Source: an uncultured bacterium (GTDB lineage: Bacteria > Bacillota_I > Bacilli_A > RFN20 > CAG-826). From it: a stretch of DNA of 64,000 bases. The notes under the pieces are model-generated. The model was not told the DNA's origin, did not search any database, and worked only from the letters and a program-made list of their open reading frames with translations. Positions 18,240-28,909 of the stretch are shown in pieces; within the stretch, counting starts at the first letter, position 1, and each line of letters opens with the position of its first letter. The translations under genes and the position numbers were made by a program. The stretch is from assembly GCA_949288485.1 (NCBI GenBank), contig CASEKC010000001.1, positions 71,070-135,069 on the forward strand, written 5' to 3'.

Positions 18240-19479
18240 AGAACAACTCACAAAAGAAGTTGGTAAAATCGTAAAGAATAAAGGTTTTGTTGATGAAGAT
18301 TCTGAAGAAGAAGGAATTGAAACACTTGATGCGATTTTAAAAAGATTTTTAAAAGAAAATGCTGATACTAAAGAAATAGATCAAGATTTTTTCATTGAGT
18401 CAACACGTAGATTCGATCTTTCTGATGAAGACATTGATAAAATTTTCCAATATTTTACTAGCAACGGATATAGTTTAGTCGGAGAAGGAAATAGTGATGA
18501 TATTGAATTTGATGAAAATTCCATTAGTGAAATAGAAGACATGGGTGATATGGATGATTTTGACGAAGATATTGATGGTGATGACGTTGATGGTTTAAAT
18601 ATCGACGTTGATAATCTTGATTCTTTCGTTTTAAGTGATGTTAAAGTTAATGATAGTGTTAAATTATATTTAAAAGAAATCGGTCGTGTTAAATTATTAA
18701 AAGCTGAAGATGAAAAAGAATTAGCTGTTCGTATTTTAAAAGGTGATCAAAAAGCTAAAAACGAATTAATTAATGCAAATTTACGTTTAGTTGTTTCAAT
18801 TGCAAAACATTATTTAGGTAGAGGTATGCCTCTTTTAGATTTAATCGAAGAAGGAAACATGGGCTTAATGAAAGCAGTTGATAAATTTGATTATACTAAA
18901 GGTTTTAAATTTTCAACTTATGCTACTTGGTGGATTCGTCAAGCTATTACAAGAGCTATCGCCGATCAAGCTAGAACTATTAGAATTCCTGTTCATATGG
19001 TTGAAACAATTAATAAAATTACAAGAGTTCAACGTCAACTTACTCAAGAATTAGGAAGAGAACCAACACCAGAAGAAATATCTTCAAAAATGGATGGTGC
19101 TATGACTCCTGATAGAATTCGTGAAATTCAAAGAATTGCCCTTGAACCAGTTTCATTAGAATCTCCAATTGGTGAAGAAGATGATTCTCATTTAGGTGAT
19201 TTCGTTGAAGATAAAGAAAGTCTTTCTCCAACCGAATTTACATCAAAAACTATGTTAAGAGAAGCTTTATATGATGTAATGAGCAACTTAACAGAAAGAG
19301 AAGAAAGAGTTTTAAAATTACGTTATGGTCTTGACGACAATAAACCTAGAACATTAGAAGAAGTAGGAAAAGAATTCGGCGTTACTAGAGAAAGAATTCG
19401 TCAAATTGAAGCTAAAGCTATAAAAAAATTAAAACATCCTACAAAACAAAAGAAGTTAGATGATTTTTCAGTTAATTAA
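18211..19479 (+). CDS. sigA: RNA polymerase sigma factor SigA (RpoD)
   Basis: Regions 1.2-4.2 complete, including [18 protein letters not shown] and the 4.2 helix-turn-helix. RBS GGGGG at 18203-18207. The track ORF from 18124 overlaps dnaG. Confidence 0.9.
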   Translation: MAKTAKKLDKEQLTKEVGKIVKNKGFVDEDSEEEGIETLDAILKRFLKENADTKEIDQDFFIESTRRFDLSDEDIDKIFQYFTSNGYSLVGEGNSDDIEFDENSISEIEDMGDMDDFDEDIDGDDVDGLNIDVDNLDSFVLSDVKVNDSVKLYLKEIGRVKLLKAEDEKELAVRILKGDQKAKNELINANLRLVVSIAKHYLGRGMPLLDLIEEGNMGLMKAVDKFDYTKGFKFSTYATWWIRQAITRAIADQARTIRIPVHMVETINKITRVQRQLTQELGREPTPEEISSKMDGAMTPDRIREIQRIALEPVSLESPIGEEDDSHLGDFVEDKESLSPTEFTSKTMLREALYDVMSNLTEREERVLKLRYGLDDNKPRTLEEVGKEFGVTRERIRQIEAKAIKKLKHPTKQKKLDDFSVN

Positions 19480-19499
19480 TTTAAAAAAGATATCGTTTT

Positions 19500-20657
19500 A
19501 TGAAAAAACAACTTAATACTTTAATAAAAAATACTTTGATAAAAGAAAGTTTAGACGATAATACCATTTCATTAATATTATCGTCCTTAAACGATCTAAT
19601 TTCTGATGATGAAAAAAATAAAATTATCGATAAAGACGATTTTTATGATTGTTTAGACGAGTTTTCATTAAAAGAATCAACCATTAAAAAGATTAAAGAT
19701 ATATTAATAAAAAATAACTTTAAAATTATAAATCACGATGAAGTAATTGTTGAAGATATTAATGATGTTTTGGAAGATGAAGAAGATATTTCAAATAACG
19801 AGAAGACTTTTTCAAGTGAAAAAGCTAATGATGATTTGCGACAATATTTTAAAAATATTGGAACCAATAAACTTTTAACTCCAAAAGAAGAAATTGAAAT
19901 TGCTAAAAGAATAAAAAATGGTGATGAAAATGCAAAAAATGAGTTAATAGAAGCCAATACTCGTTTAGTTATTTCAATTGCAAAAAGATATGTAAATAGA
20001 GGAGTTCCTCTTCAAGATTTGATTCAAGAAGGAAATTTAGGTTTAATTCGTGCAGCTGAAAAATTCGATTATAAATTAGGTAACAAGTTTTCAACTTATG
20101 CAACTTGGTGGATTCGTCAAGCTATAACAAAAGCTATTGCTGATCAAGCAAGAAATATTAGAATTCCGCTTCATGTAATTGATATTTTAAATAAAATTTC
20201 TAGAACAAAGAATGAGTTTATTCAAGAAAAAGGGTATGAACCAACCGCTGAAGAAATTTATTTAAAATTAAATAAAACTATACCAATAGAGAAGATAGAT
20301 GCCGCCTTACTTTTAGGTAAAGACACGATTTCCTTGGAAAGTAGTGTTGGTGATAATCAAGATGCTGAATTAGGGGATTTTATCGAAGATAAAACCGATA
20401 ATTCACCAATAGATTTTACTTCAAAAAATGACTTAAATCTTTTAATAAAAGATGCACTTTGTACATTAGATGAAAGAGAAAAAGATGTTATTAAACTTCG
20501 TTATGGTTTAGATGATGAAGAAGAACATACTTTAGCCGAAATTGGAAAAAAATATAATATTTCGCGTGAAAGAGTTCGACAAATTGAAACAAAAGCTCTT
20601 TTCAAGTTAAGAAAAAGTTTAAACGAGAAAAAAATATATGATAGCGAAGAGAATTGA
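19500..20657 (+). CDS. second complete sigma-70 family factor (RpoD paralog, group 1/2-like)
   Basis: Regions 1.2, 2.1-2.4, 3 and 4 all present. Region 2.4 ([25 protein letters not shown]) is nearly identical to SigA. Only 20 nt after the sigA stop, with no evident RBS. Confidence 0.8.
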   Translation: MKKQLNTLIKNTLIKESLDDNTISLILSSLNDLISDDEKNKIIDKDDFYDCLDEFSLKESTIKKIKDILIKNNFKIINHDEVIVEDINDVLEDEEDISNNEKTFSSEKANDDLRQYFKNIGTNKLLTPKEEIEIAKRIKNGDENAKNELIEANTRLVISIAKRYVNRGVPLQDLIQEGNLGLIRAAEKFDYKLGNKFSTYATWWIRQAITKAIADQARNIRIPLHVIDILNKISRTKNEFIQEKGYEPTAEEIYLKLNKTIPIEKIDAALLLGKDTISLESSVGDNQDAELGDFIEDKTDNSPIDFTSKNDLNLLIKDALCTLDEREKDVIKLRYGLDDEEEHTLAEIGKKYNISRERVRQIETKALFKLRKSLNEKKIYDSEEN

Positions 20658-21291
20658 AAAAATAGCTGAAATTATCGATTTAAATAATAAAGGTGTTTTT
20701 GATGTGGGCAGTGACCATGGATATCTTTTAACATCATTAAGAAAAAAGAATGATAAGATAAAGTTAAAAGGTGTTGAAAATAAACTTGGACCTTTTAAAA
20801 ATTTAAAGGATAATACATCTTTTTTAAGTATAGAAACAAGTTTATCTGATGGTATTGATGAATTAACTAATGATTATTCGTGTGTCGTTCTTGCTGGAAT
20901 GGGCTATAAAAATATTGTTGAAATAATTATGAAACATCTTGATAAATTAAATTTTATTGAACAAATCGTAATAGATTCTCATACAAATATTGATTTATGT
21001 CGTAAATTTTTTGTTAATTTAAATTTTTATATAGATCAAGAAGTTATTTTAAAAGAAAAAGGTATATATTATGAAATTATTTCTTTTAAAAGAGGAAATA
21101 AAAGATATACTGACAAAGAGATTTTTTATGGCCCCATTTTATTAAAAAATAAAAGCCAAATTTTTAAAGAAAAATATATCGTAAGAAATAAAAAAATCGA
21201 TGAAATTATTAAAAAAATCGATAATAAAAATTCCAAAAAATATCTTTCTTTGATAGAAGAAAAAAGATTAAATGATGAGGTTATATCGTGA
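20638..21291 (+). CDS. trmK: tRNA (adenine22-N1)-methyltransferase TrmK (YqfN family)
   Basis: DVGSDHGYL and AGMGY motifs. Conserved position after sigA. Confidence 0.7.
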   Translation: MIAKRIEKIAEIIDLNNKGVFDVGSDHGYLLTSLRKKNDKIKLKGVENKLGPFKNLKDNTSFLSIETSLSDGIDELTNDYSCVVLAGMGYKNIVEIIMKHLDKLNFIEQIVIDSHTNIDLCRKFFVNLNFYIDQEVILKEKGIYYEIISFKRGNKRYTDKEIFYGPILLKNKSQIFKEKYIVRNKKIDEIIKKIDNKNSKKYLSLIEEKRLNDEVIS

Positions 21292-22067
21292 ATACAAAAA
21301 TATTAATAAAAAAATTATCAAAAAATTTTCCAAAGTCAATTGCTAAAAAATATCATGATTATGTTGGTCTACAATATGGAAAAATAAAAAATGAGACTAA
21401 AACAATTTTACTTTGTCTTGATTTTGATAATATTGCTTTTGATGAAACTAAAAAATTAATTGATTTTAATAAGATAGATTTGATTATCACTCATCATCCA
21501 TTTATTTATGGAACATATAAGAAAGTTTTAAAACACGATCCGGTTAAAGCTGAATTAGTTAAAGAATTAGATAAATTTAAAGTTCCTATTTATTCTTATC
21601 ATACTAATTTTGATGAAGGAAATGATGGAATGAATGATGCTTTAGCAAGAGCATTAAATTTAAAAAATATACGAAAATTAGACTCCATTCCTATGTCTAG
21701 AGGTGGAGAATTAGAAGAAGAGATGGATATTGTTTCTTTCGCTAAATATGCGAAAGAAAAATTAGATGTCTCTTATGGAGAACTTTTAAATTTTGGTAAA
21801 AAAACTATTAAGAGTGTTGCAATTATTGGTGGTGGCGGATGGCATTATTATTTATATGCTAAAAATGAAGGTTATGATATTTTTATAAGTGGAGATATTC
21901 CTCACCATGGAAGAAGAGGTGTTGTTTTAAATCAATATAACTATCTCAATTTACCTCACGAAATAGAAAGAATTTTTATGAAACAAATGAAAGAAGTTCT
22001 TTTAAATATTGATAAAAGTTTTAATATTATAACTATTGATCACGAAAAATTACCAATTATCATTTAA
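21288..22067 (+). CDS. Nif3-like dinuclear metal centre protein (YqfO / GTP cyclohydrolase 1 type 2 family)
   Basis: HHP...HTNFD motifs. sigA-trmK-nif3 synteny. Confidence 0.75.
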   Translation: MNTKILIKKLSKNFPKSIAKKYHDYVGLQYGKIKNETKTILLCLDFDNIAFDETKKLIDFNKIDLIITHHPFIYGTYKKVLKHDPVKAELVKELDKFKVPIYSYHTNFDEGNDGMNDALARALNLKNIRKLDSIPMSRGGELEEEMDIVSFAKYAKEKLDVSYGELLNFGKKTIKSVAIIGGGGWHYYLYAKNEGYDIFISGDIPHHGRRGVVLNQYNYLNLPHEIERIFMKQMKEVLLNIDKSFNIITIDHEKLPIII

Positions 22068-22934
22068 AATTTTAACAAATTGTTCAACTTTTTGTCTACT
22101 TGTTGAAGTCGCTGATAAAATGGCGACTTTTTTTATATTTTGATTAATTTTTAAAGTTTTTAATTCATCAATAGTTGAAATTAAATAAGCTTCTTTGTTT
22201 GATTTTTTAATATAATTTGTTAATTCATTGGCATTTGAACTATTTTTATCACCGATAACTAAAAATAAATCATAATAATTAATATTTCTATCAATTTCAT
22301 CAAACCTTAATTTTAATGCAGGGCAGAAATTATCTATAAAAGAAAATTGATCTTTATAAGGTAGAGTATATATTTTTTCTTTGAAAGGTTTTAATGATAA
22401 TGTTGATTGGTTAATTATTATAGATTGATGATTTTCAAAATTGATTTTATCTAGGTCATCTTTTTTATCAATAATAATTAATTTTCGATATTTTTTTATA
22501 AAAGTTATTGTTGATAAACATTCTATATGATCTTTTTTACCATAATAATAAACATTTGTATTTTCAAAATCTTTATTAGCTAAAAGAGTATTTATTTTAG
22601 TAATTATTGGACAAGTTGCATCAATATATTGAATATTATTTTTATTAAAAATTTCATCGATAAGTAAATCATGTCCATGGGCTGAAAAAATAAAAATGGT
22701 ATTAGTAAGATCGTAATTAGAAATTGTTTTCATAATAGAATTCTTTTCAGGAATTATATTTAAAATTTCTATTTCTTGCTCTTTTAAAAAATCATTGGTT
22801 TCTTTATTGTGTATTAATTCACCCAATATAACGATTTTGTTGTTTTTAAACTTTTCTTTTGTTTGTAATGCGATTGTGATTGATCTTTCTACACCATTAC
22901 AAAAACCAATAGGCTTTAATAATTCGATTTTCAT
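22050..22934 (-). CDS. ispH: 4-hydroxy-3-methylbut-2-enyl diphosphate reductase IspH (LytB)
   Basis: N-terminal PIGFCNGVERSI and the conserved Cys residues. Its 3' end overlaps the nif3 3' end convergently. Confidence 0.85.
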   Translation of the reverse strand: MKIELLKPIGFCNGVERSITIALQTKEKFKNNKIVILGELIHNKETNDFLKEQEIEILNIIPEKNSIMKTISNYDLTNTIFIFSAHGHDLLIDEIFNKNNIQYIDATCPIITKINTLLANKDFENTNVYYYGKKDHIECLSTITFIKKYRKLIIIDKKDDLDKINFENHQSIIINQSTLSLKPFKEKIYTLPYKDQFSFIDNFCPALKLRFDEIDRNINYYDLFLVIGDKNSSNANELTNYIKKSNKEAYLISTIDELKTLKINQNIKKVAILSATSTSRQKVEQFVKILNDNW

Positions 22935-22985
22935 GCTGAAATTTTATCATTTTTAATGAAGATTTATTAGTAATAAGATAAAATA

Positions 22986-24341
22986 TTGATTATGAAATTT
23001 GAGTCATTTAATTTAAAACCAGATATTATTAAAGCTCTTCATGCATTAAATTATGAAGAAGCAACAAGCATTCAAGATATTGCTATTCCAAAAATTTTAA
23101 AAAAAGAAAATGTTATTGTTAAAAGCGAGACTGGAAGTGGTAAAACACATTCTTTTTTAATTCCAATTTTGAATAATTTGACGTTTGATAGAGGAATTGA
23201 AGCTTTAATCATTGTTCCAACAAATGAACTTGCTATTCAAACCTATGAATTTTTCAAAGAATTTAAAGATTATTTTCCATCACTAGCAATAAAATTAATT
23301 ATTAATGGAGTCGGTTTAAAAAAAGGAGAACAACAATTGAAAACAAATTCTCAAATAATTATTGCAACTCCTACAAGACTTTCGTATCTTTTAGAAGATA
23401 AGTCGATTAATTTGGAAAATTGTAAAACTTTGGTGCTTGATGAAGCTGATATGCTTGCTGAAACAGGTTTTTTTGGCGATATTGAAAAAGTTTATAACAA
23501 ATTAAATAACCCTCAAATTGTTGTTTTAAGTGCAACAATTTCCCAATCTGTTCGTGATTTTTTAAAGAAAAATTTACCAAACGATCTTATTATTGAAGAT
23601 GAAAAGAACTCTTTAAAAAATAAGATTACTCATTATTTTATAAATACTAAACATATAGATTTACTCGAATCTGTTGAAATTTTTCTTAAAAATATAAATC
23701 CTTATCTTCTTTTTATTTTTGCAAACACAAAAAAAGAAGTTAATGATATTTATCTATTTTTAAAGAAAAATAAATATAAAGTTGGAATTATATCAGGTGA
23801 ATTATCTTTAAGAGAACGTAAAGCAATGCTAAGAAGGGCGAATAATAATGATTTTCAAATTTTAGTTTGCTCTGATTTAGCTTCAAGGGGCATTGATGTT
23901 AATGATGTTAGCGATGTTTTAAGTGTTAATATTCCAAATAATATTGAATATTATTTTCACCGTGCTGGAAGAACTGCAAGAAACGGTAAAGAAGGCAATT
24001 CTTATGTTTTTTATAATCATGATTCTCTTGATAAAGTCAATCAACTTATTAATTTAGGTATTGATCCCAAATACTTAAAAATTACTAATAAAGAACTAGT
24101 TATTGACCAAAAGCCTGAAACTAAAAAGAAAATGAATTATGTAAACGTTGAACTTGTAAAAGAAATTAATAAAGTAACATCACGTATAAAAACAAAAAAT
24201 GTCAAACCAAATTATAAGAAAAAAGTTCGTGTTGAAGCCGAAAAAGTTAAAAGAAAATATAAAAGAAAAATGATTAAAAAAGAAATCAGAAAAGAATTAG
24301 ACAAGAAATTTAAGAGTGAAGGTAAAAAAAATGGAAGGTAA
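22986..24341 (+). CDS. cshB: DEAD-box ATP-dependent RNA helicase (CshB-like)
   Basis: Q motif, GSGKT, DEAD, SAT and HRAGRTAR, plus a basic C-terminal tail. Adjacent to nfo, as yqfR-yqfS are in Bacillus. Confidence 0.8.
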   Translation: MIMKFESFNLKPDIIKALHALNYEEATSIQDIAIPKILKKENVIVKSETGSGKTHSFLIPILNNLTFDRGIEALIIVPTNELAIQTYEFFKEFKDYFPSLAIKLIINGVGLKKGEQQLKTNSQIIIATPTRLSYLLEDKSINLENCKTLVLDEADMLAETGFFGDIEKVYNKLNNPQIVVLSATISQSVRDFLKKNLPNDLIIEDEKNSLKNKITHYFINTKHIDLLESVEIFLKNINPYLLFIFANTKKEVNDIYLFLKKNKYKVGIISGELSLRERKAMLRRANNNDFQILVCSDLASRGIDVNDVSDVLSVNIPNNIEYYFHRAGRTARNGKEGNSYVFYNHDSLDKVNQLINLGIDPKYLKITNKELVIDQKPETKKKMNYVNVELVKEINKVTSRIKTKNVKPNYKKKVRVEAEKVKRKYKRKMIKKEIRKELDKKFKSEGKKNGR

Positions 24342-25224
24342 AATTTTAATTGGTTCGCATGTAAGTATGTCGGGCCCTAATTATTTTTTGGGAAGTGTTA
24401 AAGAAGCACTTTCTTATGGAGAAAATGTATTAATGTTTTATACAGGCGCTCCTCAAAATAATAAAAGAACACCTACTGATAAATGTAAAATTGAAGAAGG
24501 ATTGAAATTAGCTAAAGAAAATAATATGGAGATTTCAAAATTTATTTGTCATGCTCCATATATGATAAATTTAGGCAATCCTGATGAAGAAAAGTTTAAA
24601 TTTTCAAAAGAATTTTTAAAATCTGAAATTTTACGTTGTGCTGATTTTAAATGTCGTTATTTAGTATTACATCCAGGATTACATGTTCACGCAGGAGAAG
24701 ATGTAGGATTAAACAATATTATTCGTGGTTTAAATGAAGTTTTAGAGGAAGTAAAAGATTTAGGTGTTATTATTTGTTTAGAAACAATGGCTGGTAAAGG
24801 AACTGAACTCGGAACAACATTTGAACAAATAAGAAGAATTATTGATGGCGTTAAATTTAAAGATAAAATCGGTGTTTGTTTAGATACTTGTCATATTAAT
24901 GATGCCGGTTATATAGTTGATGATATTGATAATGTTTTAAACGCTTTTGATTCTATTATAGGACTTGAAAGATTAAAAGTAATTCATCTTAACGATTCTA
25001 AAAACCCTTTAGGTGCCCATAAAGATCGTCATGAAAATATAGGATTTGGTGAAATTGGATTTAATTCTTTAATTAAATATGTCTATGATCCACGTTTAAA
25101 AGATATTCCTAAAATATTAGAAACGCCATATATCGAAAACAAAGCACCTTATAAAGAAGAGATTGAAATGATAAAAAAGAAGGAATTTAATCCTTCTTTA
25201 AAAGAATTTATTGCTTCGAAATAG
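24331..25224 (+). CDS. nfo: endonuclease IV (Nfo)
   Basis: TIM-barrel AP endonuclease motifs (LETMAGKG, LDTCH, HLND). RBS GAAGG at 24318-24322. A GTG at 24316 is an alternative start. Confidence 0.85.
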   Translation: MEGKILIGSHVSMSGPNYFLGSVKEALSYGENVLMFYTGAPQNNKRTPTDKCKIEEGLKLAKENNMEISKFICHAPYMINLGNPDEEKFKFSKEFLKSEILRCADFKCRYLVLHPGLHVHAGEDVGLNNIIRGLNEVLEEVKDLGVIICLETMAGKGTELGTTFEQIRRIIDGVKFKDKIGVCLDTCHINDAGYIVDDIDNVLNAFDSIIGLERLKVIHLNDSKNPLGAHKDRHENIGFGEIGFNSLIKYVYDPRLKDIPKILETPYIENKAPYKEEIEMIKKKEFNPSLKEFIASK

Positions 25225-26266
25225 ATAATTTATTAATTTCTTTAATTAATTCATCGTATAAATTCTCTTCATCAACAGTTTTAATAATTTTTTTGTTTTT
25301 AAATATAATAAACTTTTTATTAGCGCCGGCAATTCCAATGTCGGCGTTTTTACTTTCACCAATTCCATTGACAATACAACCCATTATAGCAATTTTTATG
25401 TTAATATTATTTTTTTCTAAATAATTTGTTATTTTTAAAGCGATTTCTTTAAGATTTCTAACACCGCATCTTCCACAAGTTGGACATGAAATAATTGTTG
25501 GATAATTTGGGTAAAGATTTAAATCGTGTAGCATTCTTTTAGCAGTTATAACTTCTAATAAAGGATCGTTAGTTAAAGAAACACGAATTGTATTTCCTAT
25601 ACCATCCATTAATAGTCTTGAAAGACCAATTGTTGAACGAATTATACCAATATCTTCAAAGCCGCTTTCAGTTACACCGATATGTAAAGGATATAATGTC
25701 TTTTTGGCTAATTTTTTATAAATTTTAATTGTTTTTAAAGGAGAAGATGATTTAACACTTATTACAATATTATTAAAATCATAACTTTCAAAAAAAGAAA
25801 CAATATTTAAAGTTAGTTCTACAAGTCCATTTATAGAATTAATATTCTTGCCATCAGGAGTAGTTGACCCTTCATTTAAGCCTATTCTAATTGCGACATT
25901 TTTTTCTTTTGCTTTTTTAATAATAGAAACTAATTTTTCTTTAGGAGTATTAATCGGATTGATACGAATTTTATCAATTCCATTTTCCATTGCTAAAAGT
26001 GCAAGTTCATCACTAAAATGAATATCTCCAACTAATGGAATATTAATTCTTTTTTTTATTTCTTTAATTGCTAAAGCATCATCTTTATCTAATATCGAAA
26101 CTCTCATTAAAGAAGCTCCTGCTTTTGCACAAGAATTTAGTTCGTTTACAACTTCATCTATATTAGAAGTTTTTATATCGCACATTGATTGAATTAATAC
26201 TTTATTATCACCACCAAGTGTTAAATTACCTATTTTTACAGTTTTTGTTTTTTCTCTTAATTTCAT
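25208..26266 (-). CDS. ispG: 4-hydroxy-3-methylbut-2-en-1-yl diphosphate synthase IspG (GcpE)
   Basis: RxKTR.V.VG...QSM N-terminus. Start moved to the internal Met (MKLREKTK). Its 3' end overlaps the nfo 3' end convergently. Confidence 0.85.
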   Translation of the reverse strand: MKLREKTKTVKIGNLTLGGDNKVLIQSMCDIKTSNIDEVVNELNSCAKAGASLMRVSILDKDDALAIKEIKKRINIPLVGDIHFSDELALLAMENGIDKIRINPINTPKEKLVSIIKKAKEKNVAIRIGLNEGSTTPDGKNINSINGLVELTLNIVSFFESYDFNNIVISVKSSSPLKTIKIYKKLAKKTLYPLHIGVTESGFEDIGIIRSTIGLSRLLMDGIGNTIRVSLTNDPLLEVITAKRMLHDLNLYPNYPTIISCPTCGRCGVRNLKEIALKITNYLEKNNINIKIAIMGCIVNGIGESKNADIGIAGANKKFIIFKNKKIIKTVDEENLYDELIKEINKLSISKQ

Positions 26267-26361
26267 GGGAATAATTATACTTAAAAATGAGTAAATATTG
26301 TAGAAAAATGACAACTTTTGTGTTATTATTATTTGACTTTAAGAAGTGAGGTGATTTTTTT

Positions 26362-26511
26362 ATGCGCGATAACATTATTTTAAAATGTACAGTCTGTGGT
26401 GAAGAACAATATATTACAAGCAAAAATAAGAAAAACAATCCAGATAGAATTGAAAAAAATAAATATTGTCCACATTGCCGTAAAGTTACTGTTTTCAAAG
26501 AAAAGAAATAG
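26362..26511 (+). CDS. rpmG: 50S ribosomal protein L33 (49 aa, missed by the ORF cutoff)
   Basis: Translates to [49 protein letters not shown] with a C4 zinc ribbon. RBS GAGGTGA at 26347-26353. Confidence 0.85.
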   Translation: MRDNIILKCTVCGEEQYITSKNKKNNPDRIEKNKYCPHCRKVTVFKEKK

Positions 26512-26527
26512 TAATTTTATATAAAAT

Positions 26528-27172
26528 ATGGTTAAAATTTTTCGATTTGATAGCGAATACGATGACGAATTTTGCTCTAATAGTTATGTTATTGGAGAAA
26601 AAGGTGGACCTTTTATCCTAGTTGATATTGGCTCCACTAGTGATCGTATATTAAATTATGTTAAAGAAAATCATACAAGTTGTTTAGGTGTTTTATTAAC
26701 TCATGGACATTTTGATCATTTTAGAGGTTTAGATAAATTTCTAAAACATTATAATTGCACTGTATTCATTGATAAGGATGAAGAAGAAAAATTGCATAAT
26801 GCTCGATTAAATTGTTCTAAAATGAATGGTGAAGATTTAACTATTGACTTAAATAATATTTATTTACTTGATGATGAAGATGAAATCAATTTCATAAATA
26901 AATATTATATTAAAGTTATTGAAACCACATTTCATACTAATGGAAGTGTTTGTTATTTATTAAAAACTGAAAATGCTCTTTTTACAGGCGATACCCTTTT
27001 TAAAGGAAGTATTGGTAGAACCGATTTACCTACTAGTTCAAATCGTAGTATTAAAGATAGTTTAAATAAAATTGCTAAGTTAGATCCTAATTTAACAATT
27101 TATCCAGGACATGGTGAAATAACAACTTTAAATAAAGAGTTAGGAACAATTACTTATTTTGGAGGAAATTAA
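26528..27172 (+). CDS. MBL-fold metallo-hydrolase (YqgX-like)
   Basis: THGHFDH metallo-beta-lactamase motif. Confidence 0.7.
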   Translation: MVKIFRFDSEYDDEFCSNSYVIGEKGGPFILVDIGSTSDRILNYVKENHTSCLGVLLTHGHFDHFRGLDKFLKHYNCTVFIDKDEEEKLHNARLNCSKMNGEDLTIDLNNIYLLDDEDEINFINKYYIKVIETTFHTNGSVCYLLKTENALFTGDTLFKGSIGRTDLPTSSNRSIKDSLNKIAKLDPNLTIYPGHGEITTLNKELGTITYFGGN

Positions 27173-27174
27173 AA

Positions 27175-27732
27175 ATGATTAACGTTACTGAATTAAGACC
27201 AGGAAATTATTTCGAAGATGAAGGCAATATTTATCTCGTTTTAGATATTTTATTAAATAAAACTGCAATGAGAAAAATGGTTGCTAAAGTTAAAGTTAAA
27301 AATTTAAGAACTGGTGCAATTACTGAAATGTCTGCTAATAGTGGTTATCAAGTTGACCCAATTAGATTAGATAAAAAGAAAATGGCTTATTTATATGATA
27401 GTGGAGATTTCTTAGTTTTTATGGATCAAAATACATATGAACAAGTTGAAATTTCTAAAACAAGATTACAATGGGAAATGAAATTCTTAAAAGAAAATCT
27501 TGAAGTTGAAATCGTTACATATAACGATGAAATTTTAGGTATTAATCTTCCTTCAAAAGTTGCTTTAAAAATTGTTCATACAGAACCAGCAGTCAAAGGT
27601 GACTCTGTTAACAAAGCTTTAAAAGAAGCAACACTTGAAACAGGTTTAGTTGTTAAAGTTCCATTATTTATTTCACAAGATGAAGAAGTCTTAGTAAGAA
27701 CCGACACTGGTGATTATGATGGACGTGCTTAG
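27175..27732 (+). CDS. efp: elongation factor P
   Basis: EF-P fold sequence across three OB/KOW-like domains. Confidence 0.9.
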   Translation: MINVTELRPGNYFEDEGNIYLVLDILLNKTAMRKMVAKVKVKNLRTGAITEMSANSGYQVDPIRLDKKKMAYLYDSGDFLVFMDQNTYEQVEISKTRLQWEMKFLKENLEVEIVTYNDEILGINLPSKVALKIVHTEPAVKGDSVNKALKEATLETGLVVKVPLFISQDEEVLVRTDTGDYDGRA

Positions 27733-27753
27733 TCTATAAAAAAGGAAATATAT

Positions 27754-27975
27754 ATGACAATTGAAGTTTGGCAATTTGTTGTTTATTTAATTTTAGCTTT
27801 AATTGTTGGCTTAGTTATCGGCTTTTTTGCAACAAGAGCCTTTATTAAAAAACAAATGGAAAAAAATCCACCTATAAACGAAAAAATGATTCGTGCGATG
27901 TTTATGCAAATGGGTAGAAAACCAAGCGAAGCACAAATTAAAGCTGTTATGAACAGCATGAAAAATCAAAAATAA
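27754..27975 (+). CDS. UPF0154 (YneF-like) small membrane protein
   Basis: One N-terminal TM helix followed by KKNPPINEKMIRAMFMQMGRKPSE, very similar to B. subtilis YneF, which also sits near plsY-parE-parC. Confidence 0.6.
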   Translation: MTIEVWQFVVYLILALIVGLVIGFFATRAFIKKQMEKNPPINEKMIRAMFMQMGRKPSEAQIKAVMNSMKNQK

Positions 27976-28001
27976 ATTTTAACGATTTGTAATATTAAAA
28001 A

Positions 28002-28028
28002 ATGAGAAAATCAATTTCTCATTTTTTT
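28002..28028. terminator. bidirectional rho-independent terminator ATGAGAAA-atcaa-TTTCTCAT with flanking A and T tracts
   Basis: Lies between the convergent yneF-like gene (+) and plsY (-). Confidence 0.6.
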
Positions 28029-28058
28029 ATTAGCGTTACTTTTACTAGAAGTTAAATA

Positions 28059-28835
28059 TTATTTTTTTCCGATATTATCAATCCATTTAACTTTTGACTC
28101 TGTTTTATTAATTAATCTTTTAATATTTTCACGGTGTTTGAATATTAATAATAAATTACCAAGTGTTGCAACTAGAGGATAAAAAATTGATATTGGACCA
28201 CTTATTGAAAAATACATTAAATAGTTAATAATTTCAGGATTAAAGTTAAATCCTATATATATGAAATAGACTATCCAAGTAAATATCATAAAAGAAGTAG
28301 ACATAATCATTGAAGATAGTGATACGTATTTACTAGCTTTTAAAGATATAAAGAAGATTACAATAAATATAGGGAGTGCTAAATAAGTGGTAGCAAACAT
28401 CAATCCTACAACAGTTGAAACAATTTTTCCACCTTTGAATTTAATAAAGCAACTATATGAATGGCCAATAAAACAAAATAGAGGAACTAAATAGTAACAT
28501 AAATCAGTTAATGAATTACCAAATCCATACCAATAATATACTAAATTATCACCATTCATCAAATTTATAAATGGTTCATAATATTTTGTTAAATACCAAA
28601 TTGCAATCATTGGTATAACTACCTTTAGTGCATCTAGAAAAATTGTTAAAGCGCCTGCAAAATGTGAAATTACTCGGCCAACATTTGTTCCTCCTGGATT
28701 TTTTGATCCATATTCACGAGGATCTTTATGATATATTTTTCCAATAATTACACTATTAGGTATTGAGCCGAATAAGTAACCAACAATGCAACAAGAAATA
28801 ATAATTAAAATACGATAAAAAATAATCATAAACAA
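28059..28835 (-). CDS. plsY: glycerol-3-phosphate acyltransferase PlsY
   Basis: GSIPNS and GSKNPGGTNVGR motifs. Has a long C-terminal extension. Confidence 0.8.
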   Translation of the reverse strand: MFMIIFYRILIIISCCIVGYLFGSIPNSVIIGKIYHKDPREYGSKNPGGTNVGRVISHFAGALTIFLDALKVVIPMIAIWYLTKYYEPFINLMNGDNLVYYWYGFGNSLTDLCYYLVPLFCFIGHSYSCFIKFKGGKIVSTVVGLMFATTYLALPIFIVIFFISLKASKYVSLSSMIMSTSFMIFTWIVYFIYIGFNFNPEIINYLMYFSISGPISIFYPLVATLGNLLLIFKHRENIKRLINKTESKVKWIDNIGKK

Positions 28836-28891
28836 TATTCTAATAGAAAACTTATTTTATTTCTATCGCTAAATAATTTAATATAAAAAAA

Positions 28892-28909
28892 ATACGATAT
28901 TTATCGTAT
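28892..28909. promoter_or_regulatory. 18-bp dyad ATACGAT-attt-ATCGTAT, flanked by A8 and T6, between the divergent plsY and parE starts
   Basis: Perfect 7-bp inverted repeat. No gene terminates here, so an operator or leader structure is more likely than a terminator. Confidence 0.35.

Noticed and set aside
26226-26498. 90-aa minus-strand ORF spanning the ispG start region and rpmG
   Set aside because: Overlaps the clear L33 gene and the ispG N-terminus, so it is a spurious open frame in AT-rich DNA.
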